Shown in pieces: positions 13,201 through 21,861 of a stretch of DNA of 64,000 nt; the first letter of the stretch is position 1, and each line of letters begins with the position of its first letter. Location: contig BFEA01000031.1 in assembly GCA_003427395.1 (NCBI GenBank), positions 74,003 through 138,002 of the forward strand, in the 5' to 3' direction. Source of the stretch: Chara braunii (taxonomy: Eukaryota > Plantae > Charophyceae). The position numbers and the translations under genes were made by a program. A model generated the notes under the pieces. The model searched no databases. It was not told the DNA's origin and saw only the letters and a program-made list of their open reading frames with translations.

Positions 13201-14683
13201 GTAAGTAACAGCAAAGAAAAAAGAAGTAAAACAAAAATTAAATATTTAATTTCTTTAAAAATTTCGTGTAAAATACCATAAAAAGGGTTTAAGAAAAAAT
13301 TTTCCGTCAAAGATTTTGCAAATTTTGAGTGAAGTTGACGGAAAAATTTTGGGACGGAATGAGTTTTGGAGGAGAGCGTGCGGTTCCGCAAGAACCTCCC
13401 AAAACCCTAGTTAGTTAAACCCTAATTAGGGGAAACCCTAGTTAGGGAAGACTTATTCAAGGTTTTTGAGTCGGATAACAACCTCAAGGAAGAAAGATAA
13501 TATATGTGAAATATTTTGCCTTTTGTATTCTTCGGCATTTTCCCTTTTTTGTATAATTAATTTAAAGAAAATACTAAAAATAGGTGAAAAGAGTTAATTA
13601 AATTTTATTTTAATTCTAAAAATTCTGATGTCTTTTCTTTGAGGTTGTTGAGCTACGGGCGGAAGCTCCAAACCCCATCCCCACGGGAGGAGGGGAAATA
13701 CTGCCCAATTTTCTTGAAATTTTGTGTAATATTTCCAATTAATTAGGAAATAATTAGAGAAAATACTCGAAAAATTATTAAAATTCAATATTTTCTTTTG
13801 ATATTTTTTTCCTTTTGCTACACTCCTGCGGCGGCTGCTTTGAGGCCTTCGGCCACACCCCATCCCCACGGGGGGAGGCGAAGTGCTGCCGGATTTTTCG
13901 GGGACCCATGTGATAAAACAATTTTTGCCTAAAGACATACACAAGGGGCGTAAGTGTATGTATCTTACGTAAGCGAATTTTTTGTAAATTAAATACAGTT
14001 AAATACAGGAAAATCCCAAGGAAGGAAAAGGAGGAGGATATTGGAGTAGAAAGAGTTTAGGGTTGACCCCTCACCCCCTCTTAAGAGTTGGGGCCAGTGA
14101 AGGGAATTTTTCCTAATTAAAATTTATTTATTTAGTATTTATACAATAAAATTTCAAAATAAATAATTAGCGATTGGCAGAAAGCGAAACGCACTTGCCG
14201 CGCTACTCTCTAGGGGAAGCCTTGCATGCCTCTAGGCAGTGGTCGAGGGCCAGTAGGTTTCTAGAAGACAAAAGTAATTTTTAATAATTTAAATTCATTA
14301 AAATTTCCTAAAAATATAAAAATGGCTTAGAAAAATAGAGGCAAGAAGGTTATGGCCTTTTAATTTTTGTACTTAGTTAGAGGGTAACATTTGTATACCT
14401 GAGGGGTGATCGGAGCAGCCGCAGGCAGCGTTCCCTCGAACAAAGCACACACCTTATATTCGAGGGAACTTGACTAGAGGGCTTGTTGCTTTGTTTAGGG
14501 TCGGGACTCCGCCCTTTAGCACCGTACGGGACACTAGCGATAGTTAAGAGATAGATCGACATCGTAATATCGGGGCTCCCAATGAAGGGAAGCGAAGCAC
14601 TGCCGAAATTTTCTTAGGAACAACAGTCTTCTCCTGCTACCTTTCACCTTCTCTACCCATCTCTCTTACTACGTTCTCTCTAG
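13201..14683 (+). other. Predicted leader intron of element E
   Basis: Perfect donor ACG|GTAAGT at 13201, AT-rich body, long polypyrimidine tract 14628-14681, AG at 14682-83 (alternative 14689-90), ATG at 14695. Confidence 0.6.
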
Positions 14684-14694
14684 TCGTTAGTTGG

Positions 14695-15711
14695 ATGTGG
14701 CCGCAAGCGCAAGTAGAGGTCTATGAGGCCACCATCGACAGGAACTGGAAGCCCCCTGAACTCATAGAAGGGGATCTGGTGGAGCTGACGATCCCCGGGC
14801 GCAGCGTTCGATACGTTGACGACCAGTTTGCGTGGAGGTCCATAGTCTTGTCTGCAGACGTGTGGCTTTGGACGCATAGAGAGCAACAGCCTGGACAGGG
14901 AGTGGGCGTAGTGAGAGCCTACTTGTTCTTGGGACCGAACGCGGTCAGGGAGGCTGTGGTGGGCCTCGCGACGACTGGGACTAGTGGCGCGATTAGCAGG
15001 GCGTTACGCTACCTGAGGGATGAGGTAGCCGCCTTCCGAGCGGAGGACTCGAGCGACCCGTTGACCCTATTTCACGGTCGCCCTCCTCTTGATATCACGG
15101 GCGAGCTGGTGGTAGCACGGGACCGGTTTTTCCCGTACAGCGTTCGGAGTCTGCGGGCGATAGTTCCGGCGTTCGTAGTAGAGAGCGTCTTTGGAGGAAT
15201 TGGTGGAGTGGTCGAGGCATACCTAGCCTATCAGGATCTCAAGATCTTGGCGAGAAGGCCTGACGACCTCGACTACATCTATTATTCGCTCGCGACCGGT
15301 GGGCCTCGTCGGGGAGACGAGAGGGTGCAACTTATAGAGTTGATCTGGTTGATAGACGATGAGCGGCCCCAGTCTCCGTACGTTTGGGATTGGCTGGACC
15401 GTGAGCTCTGTGCAGGCCCCGAGTACGTGACCTGCATCGGGCGGCTCTTCTCAGACGACTGGGGGAGCTGGTGGAGTGAGGACGCCGGGCGACCTCTGAT
15501 ATACGGCCATCAGCTGGCAGAGTACTACCAGGCTATAGGGCAAGCGTCATACCACGTCGAGGACGAGTTTGACGACGAGGGTTGGGAGCGAGATGACGAC
15601 GAGGACGCCTGGGAGCTAGACTGGGTCGACCCAGAGAGTGAGGTTGACGAGGAGGAGATCGACTTTACGGACACCCATTTCCCCAGGATAGGAGTAGCAG
15701 TCCGAGCATAG
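14695..15711 (+). CDS. Unknown protein ORF-A (338 aa), paralogue 1, acidic Trp-rich tail
   Basis: Uninterrupted ORF with protein-like composition. Shares blocks with ORF-B and ORF-C (WRSIVLSADVWLWT; FFPY...VPAFVVESVFG; IYYSLATGGP). Confidence 0.8.
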   Translation: MWPQAQVEVYEATIDRNWKPPELIEGDLVELTIPGRSVRYVDDQFAWRSIVLSADVWLWTHREQQPGQGVGVVRAYLFLGPNAVREAVVGLATTGTSGAISRALRYLRDEVAAFRAEDSSDPLTLFHGRPPLDITGELVVARDRFFPYSVRSLRAIVPAFVVESVFGGIGGVVEAYLAYQDLKILARRPDDLDYIYYSLATGGPRRGDERVQLIELIWLIDDERPQSPYVWDWLDRELCAGPEYVTCIGRLFSDDWGSWWSEDAGRPLIYGHQLAEYYQAIGQASYHVEDEFDDEGWERDDDEDAWELDWVDPESEVDEEEIDFTDTHFPRIGVAVRA

Positions 15712-15712
15712 G

Positions 15713-16891
15713 ATGCAGAGGAGCGCATTGGGACGACGGTTGAGTGAGCTTAGCATCAGATATCCACCGATAGCGGAGAGCGGATCGATGGTAGAGCAGG
15801 CCAGTAGGGTGGAGCTTGAGATCGACGACACCAAATGGCCTAGACCCTAAGAGACAGTAGCGCCACGCAGGGTGGCGCTAGATCTGCCGGCCAGAGGGGT
15901 TTCCGCGGATGCGATAGAGAGCCGATGGTCATCGACGGTGTTGGCCCCAGACGTGCACTTGTGGACGTACGTCTTAGAGTCCTTCGAGCTGGACAGTTAG
16001 GGGTGGCGACGACCTGGCACGACTAGTATAGAGGTAGTGGGGCACATTTACTACGCGCCAGAGGTGCTAGCTACTGTCTATTATCACGGCCTCGTACATG
16101 ATCATTGGCGAGAGGAGCAGAGCGCGAGGAGGATCTTGCTGGCTCGAGCGAACTTCGCGCGCGGCGAGATAGAGCGGCTGCACGGGGACGTTCGGAGAGT
16201 GACGACGACCTTCAGGATTGGAGGACACTTCCCATATCCTAGCAGTCAACTACGTGTGACACTTCCGTGCTTTGTGGCAGAGGAGCTTTGGGGACTTAGG
16301 CGTCTGGGTGAGATCTACTTTGCGGCTCTTGACTTGGACGACCTCTGCCGAGGGTACACTGACAGGGATTGGGTGTTGTATGCGCAGTTTGTAGCAGGGC
16401 CGCTTGTAGGCGAGCGAGGACTCCAACTGATTGTGTTCCTGCGGGCCATTGTACCTACCGGGAGCCCTGACCTATACTCTCTGTACCAGCCCCTAGCCTT
16501 CTGGACGACACTAGAGAGAGAGGCTCGGAGGCCTGCAGATCATTTAGCTGGAGTAGGACAGCTGTTAGCCGAGACCCGTGAGGAGAGGCCGGGCCATCTC
16601 ATCTCGACCGGGGAGGTTGAGGAGTACTACCGGCAAGTATATCCAGAGGCTGGCGATATAGCATGGTACGCTGAGGATCGGGATTGGGAGGACTTCGATG
16701 ACTTAGACCCTTGAGACGACCAGGACGAGGGCTGGGGAGATCTGGCGCGGGTCGAGGGACAGGAGCAGGTAGGTGGAGAGGCGCCGCAGGAGAACGGCTG
16801 GGGGCATCTCCTTCAGGCCGAGGGACAGGAGGATATCCCGTGGGGCCAGAGGGTAGATGAGGAAATAGATGAGGATATGTCGGATGCGTGA
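15713..16891 (+). pseudogene. Unknown protein ORF-B, paralogue 2, three premature stops
   Basis: Same frame as track ORF 16037-16714. Read-through of TAA 15848, TAG 15998 and TGA 16712 restores full-length similarity to ORF-A (WSSTVLAPDVHLWT; HFPY...LPCFVAEELWG) and an acidic tail with DEGWGD, NGWGH, PWG. Confidence 0.8.
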
Positions 16892-17213
16892 GACGACTAG
16901 AGGCAGGGCATATCCGAGTGAGGCTTAGAGAAGGGAGTAGTGGAGAGATGGTAAGAAGATATCTTTAGGCAAGACTAGAGTGGCAGTAAGAGCAGGAAAG
17001 GATGACAGACGAAGCATGCCCTGGAGATATGTAGACGCCAGAAGTACGTCGAGTTCACTATCTACTTCCATAGAGCTGATGGGAGAGTTCATAGTACCTA
17101 CTCGGCCATACTAGATCTGACCGGGAGAGTTGTCTGAGGAGTTAGCAGCATCGTGAGATAAGGTGCATCGGAAGGAGTAGACTGATATAGATAGAGAGTT
17201 GGAGGGGAGATGA
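16884..17213 (+). pseudogene. Possible decayed small ORF-X (~110 codons)
   Basis: ATG overlaps the ORF-B stop and the final TGA overlaps the ORF-C ATG. Several internal TAG/TGA stops, so support is positional only. Confidence 0.35.
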
Positions 17214-17965
17214 GGAGTGACACAGTAGCCTGTTTAGCTTATGTTCTCTCACGAGAGTCCGAATCCTATAGCGTGAGGAAACTTGTGAGACCCAGAGAGA
17301 CGGCTGTTGGATACGACATTCCTCTTCCTGTGGCGTTAGAGGGGACAGGCTGTATTCCAATACGTTACCTGGTAACGTGGCTGGCAGAGGGACTTTTCCT
17401 TTGGACAATTATACTGAGGGATGGACGACTCGAAAGGACTCATGATCTAGAAGGCGTGGGACATCTGATAGCAGATAGAGCACACGATTTAGAGGTAGGA
17501 CTGACACTCGGAGGGGCAAGCAGGGCTTGGTGGAAAAGCGAGTTATTGGCCAGAGTGATTGTTAATCAGCAACTGGCGAGACTCTCAGGAGGAAGGACCT
17601 ATTGGAGTCGCTTGGTATACAGGCCTCCTCATCCGACCCTCTACCCGAGGGAGGGTTGGCGATTTGGACTTCCTACGTTCGTAATAGGGCAGATCTATGG
17701 GAGCATAGATCGTCTGAGTAGAGCAGTGGACCACACATTCTACGCACATTGGGAGGGCTTAGCTCCCCGTTTCAGGGAAGTATACTACGCCATTTGTGTG
17801 AGGTGGGGACCACCCCGCAGAGAGACGTTAGATGACATCATAGACATTACTAGCTGGGTGGACTGTCTGAGGTCAGTCGATCTGATCAGGTACTGCAGGA
17901 GACGAGCGAAGATTGATTACGTGGGGATAGAGGATGTGAGATTTCTCTTCGAGCTCGTCGCATAG
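17210..17965 (+). CDS. Unknown protein ORF-C (251 aa), paralogue 3
   Basis: Uninterrupted. TWLAEGLFLWT, GVGHLI, YP...LPTFVIGQIYG and VYYA...GPPRRE align with ORF-A and ORF-B. Confidence 0.78.
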   Translation: MRSDTVACLAYVLSRESESYSVRKLVRPRETAVGYDIPLPVALEGTGCIPIRYLVTWLAEGLFLWTIILRDGRLERTHDLEGVGHLIADRAHDLEVGLTLGGASRAWWKSELLARVIVNQQLARLSGGRTYWSRLVYRPPHPTLYPREGWRFGLPTFVIGQIYGSIDRLSRAVDHTFYAHWEGLAPRFREVYYAICVRWGPPRRETLDDIIDITSWVDCLRSVDLIRYCRRRAKIDYVGIEDVRFLFELVA

Positions 17966-17968
17966 GGA

Positions 17969-18601
17969 ATGCCGGGGAGGACGGCTACTGCGGTGCGCAT
18001 AGATAAGCAACTGGTAAGCACAGGGTACACTGTGACGGTACTTCTCCGAGCATACATAGATGAGGACTTGACGGCGAGGGAGTGTCGGCTACGGGCCAGG
18101 GATTTGATCCATGAGCATAGAGGCGATGTGCTGGAATAGGTGACCTTCCAGACCTCGATTTCCTATGATGTGATAATATGGTCTCATGGTTATATGCGCG
18201 TGGAGTACTACCACGATGAGGCGGAAGCAGAGGTTAGAGCAAGGATACGAGGATGAGCTGGAAGGAGATGTGGACTGAGTATGGAAGAGGAGAGTGAGGC
18301 GGTCAGAAGAGTGAGAAAGCGCATTAAAGAACCACTCTTGAACCAGGTAAAGGAGTTAGGGAACAAGATAAGGGAGAACGGGTCGTGCCAGGATGAGGGC
18401 AGACTGCGTAGGGTTGAGGTCGTGACGAGAGGGTTAGAGAGTATGTTCAAGGAGGAAAGGGAGATTATCCAGGCGTGAAAATCAGACTTTCTAGAGAGAG
18501 TAAAGGCTAGGACCGTATCACGTGAAGGAACTGGGGAGAAGTCTGCAGAGGGCGTCACAATGGAGGACAAGGTAACGCAGAAAGGTAGCGATGGGACATG
18601 A
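17969..18601 (+). pseudogene. Unknown ORF-D with a charged/coiled-coil-like C-terminal half, three premature stops
   Basis: ATG three bases after the ORF-C stop. In frame with track ORF 18281-18478. Terminal TGA overlaps the ORF-E ATG. Confidence 0.55.
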
Positions 18602-18918
18602 GCGGGACAACACTACACACGACGGACCGGTACTCATTGCATGTGGTAGGACGACTGGACGGACCGTTGGTGTTAGTGATCGTAGAGTTCCAGCTCCATA
18701 CCGGATTATGCATAGTTGAGGAGGCAGAGTACGTTCGCCGTGCGTTGCGTGAGGCTAGGGGAACAGGACTTTGGATTGGAGTGGAAGGAGGACGAAGGAT
18801 AAAATACGTACTTCGAGTAACACCTTTCGAAGGGCGGTCACGGATAAGGGCGTGGTACGAGACGATCAGAGAGGCTGAGAGGTTGAAGATAAGTGAAGCC
18901 AGGAGAGCTGGGAGCTAG
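18598..18918 (+). CDS. Unknown ORF-E (106 aa)
   Basis: Uninterrupted, protein-like, ATGA overlap with ORF-D. Confidence 0.6.
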   Translation: MSGTTLHTTDRYSLHVVGRLDGPLVLVIVEFQLHTGLCIVEEAEYVRRALREARGTGLWIGVEGGRRIKYVLRVTPFEGRSRIRAWYETIREAERLKISEARRAGS

Positions 18919-18929
18919 GGAAAGATATA

Positions 18930-19149
18930 GTGAACGGAGCAATACTTAGGGTCCTAGCAGCTCACGATGAATACTGGAGGGAATCGATAAAGACCTTGGA
19001 GGCCATAGAGGAGAAAGGAGATGAGGAAGATTTTGAGGCATTCTATGATATATTGGAGTTGTCGGCAATGAGATTGCGAGCGGCTATAGCACTGACTTCC
19101 CTCAGATGCTAGATAGAGGACCTTAAAGTTGTCTGGGGGTAAAAGGAGG
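18930..19149 (+). pseudogene. Unknown ORF-F remnant, cut by the junction at 19150
   Basis: Helical-looking 60-aa track ORF beginning 11 nt after ORF-E. The frame appears to continue through stops to the junction. Confidence 0.4.
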
Positions 19150-19414
19150 AACATTGGTTGGGCTAGTCATTAGCATTCTAGCATTCTGCTTCGCTATCTT
19201 ATACTACGTGAATGAGGTCAGTCCCGGTCAGGTCAGGATTTGTATCTAAGTCTTCCCTGCGCTATTCAGCACCATTTTGTATGTATTAGAATGCACATTG
19301 CTTGTTGAGATTCTACTTGCACTTCATTGTCCATTCAATCCTTTTCATCACATTGCGGATCCTCGGTTTCTATGTACATCGCCCAACTGGGCATGTAACA
19401 GTTGGTATCGGAAC
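19150..19414 (+). mobile_element. Truncated 5' LTR (19150-19400) and tRNA-iMet PBS (19403-19414) of chromovirus B
   Basis: Near-identical to 26974-27224. Ends CATGTAACA, followed by GT-TGGTATCGGAAC (cf. TGGTATCAGAGC). Confidence 0.93.
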
Positions 19415-20175
19415 ACCGCATTTGAATCAGGACAACCTGATCTGACATGTGTGCGGGGACTAAGTAGGTGATTAGTCTTGATAGATTGATTAGACCACAC
19501 TAGTTAGCCCCCAAAATCACGATTTTGACCTTACTGCTGAAAATTGATTTTTTTTTTCTTTTCTTGGATTTGTTTTCTCGCTATTTCTGTTGTGGAAAAA
19601 CGCAATAGCGCAACATCTGAAATTTCCATTTTTGTTTTTCTTTTGAAAATTCGAAATTTCATTGTTGAAAATCCGGAATATCTTTCTTTTCGAAAATTTT
19701 GATTTCCTGTTGCATTTCCCGTTATTTAAAAATCCGGAATACTTTTCTTCCGAAATTCGTTTTTCTGAAAACAGTACGGGAAATCCCTCCTGCAGGTATT
19801 ATTTTCTAAACTGCGAATACTCTCATCTGACTCATCTGAGTAAGTCCGAATATTTGATTTCTTTTCGGAATTGTTTTTCGCAGTTCTAGGATTCTGTTAG
19901 TCAGTACCATAAATCATTTGTAGTCTGAAGTCGAAATTTTGTCTCTGATTGATCATTTCGCACTTCAAAGGAGGTTGGGAGACCTATGAACTTGCAATAT
20001 TTGGGATTTTTATTATTTCGAAATTTTTTTGCAAAGTTCGAACTTTTCTTTTTTGATTAGTGGCTCTTTATCTGGGCGATTCTCCCCACCCACCCTCCAC
20101 ACTAATGTTATTGCCCCGTCTGGCCTTACCTTCTCTATCTATCTCTGGATACCCCCTACAGTGGCATTGGTAAGT

Positions 20176-20315
20176 TGCCACGTCAGCAGGCCATGTCAGC
20201 AGGCCATGTCAGCAAACTACGTCAGCACGCCACCAGACTACGTCAGCAGGCCACGTCAGCAAACACTGCCAGACAACAGTGCCACGTCAGCAGCAGGGAA
20301 TACCACGTCAGCAGG
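20176..20315 (+). repeat. Tandem GCCACGTCAGCA repeats in the 5' UTR of chromovirus B
   Basis: About eight imperfect copies. Confidence 0.85.
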
Positions 20316-20357
20316 CCCCCGGCCTGGTCTATGCTGTTGCGTTCACAAATAGCCGTC

Positions 20358-21861
20358 ATGGACCAGAGGTCCGGAGAAGCAGATGAGGCCTATTACGCCC
20401 GGATGCTGGCCTGGAGTACCGAAACAAAGAGACGGGCGGATGACGCAGCAACAATAGCGAAGAAGAAGGCAGAGGACGCCGAGCAGGCACGTCTGCTGGC
20501 ACTTGAACAAAAGCGCCAGCACGACGAGGCAGCAGCAAAGGCTGCTGATGAAGAACGAGTTCAACGGCGGGAGAAGATATTTAGCGGAGAGCGAACATTA
20601 CTCACAATGACAGTTGAATGGCGGACCGAGGCCGAGAATGGTAAGATGGAGGATAGCGAGAATAAGATCGCTCTACTCCTCTCCCATCTCACAGACCTCC
20701 TGGCGACATGTATTATACAGCAGGAGGACATCCACAACCTCGACGACTCGCTGGCTCAAGTCCGGCCGCCTCCGGCAGTTGGAGCAGCGACCCGTCATTG
20801 TCCCCGATGCAATCTCTTCCAACACCTCCGATCGCCTCGAAGCATTGGAGATGGACATCGGCTCCCTTAAGGACGGCATGCAGTTACAGCAGACCGCAAC
20901 GCAACAGTTGGAACAGCAGATCTGTACTACCGCCAACAACTCGAGTTCAGAACCGCGCGAGACAACTCCAAAGTTTGACGGGCAGGAGATCTTCTGCGAC
21001 TCGACGAAGAAAAATCCGATATCATGGTTCCACAAGTTCGAGCTCACGCTGCAGCTTCACTACGTCAAAGAACACAAGCACCACGCGTACTTATATTCCC
21101 GGTCGTGGGGCACGTGCCAGGCATGGTTGGACAATCTCTTGTCCAAGTACGGAGTGGTAGTTGCCGACTTGCACACCAAGATCAGTTGGGATGATCTGAA
21201 GGCGGCGTGGCACAAGCGGTTCCAAGTCGAGCCGCCAGAGATCAAGGGATTCAAGGCTATGGACAAGCTCATGGTCTTTGAACAAGGCACGCTGCCGAGT
21301 ACCGACTGGATTGCCGAGTACCAACGCTTGACATCAGTCCCAGACATCCAGATGGGCTTCAAAGCCATCCGCCACTATTTCATCTCAAGGTCGTGTCCGA
21401 CATTAAGCAATGCCCTGACTCATGTCGAGGACACCTTGACGACAACGGCGGAACTCTTTGACAAGGCCGCACAGATCATCATTACGAACAAGGAGGCTAA
21501 GAACCTGCGTTCGTCTGTGGCAGGCCCGAGCAGAGACCAGCATCAGCCAAGAGTGGTCGTGGTCACAGCGGCAACGCCGTTGACCAAACTAGTGAGGCCG
21601 TGTCTACCAATGAAGGGGACAGACTCGCAGTTGTCCGGGAAGGTGGCCGCCCCGGCAAAGGCCGAGGACGCAGCAAGACGAAGACAAGCACCGCATCTAG
21701 TTCCGGGCCCAGTGCAACAGCTCCAACCCCATGGTCTTAATACGGCATCTCCGAGCAAGCATTCAAGGCGCGCACGAGATTCCAGTATTGCCTATGGTGC
21801 GATAGCGATCTTCATGAGACACTGGCCTGCCCATTGAAAGGCGTGGGCAAACAGGGAAACT
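20358..21861 (+). pseudogene. gag: Gag of chromovirus B (frameshifted)
   Basis: Coiled-coil N-terminus, SWDDLKAAWHKRF retrotransposon-gag motif, CCHC knuckle CLWCDSDLHETLAC at 21789-21830. Confidence 0.9.
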
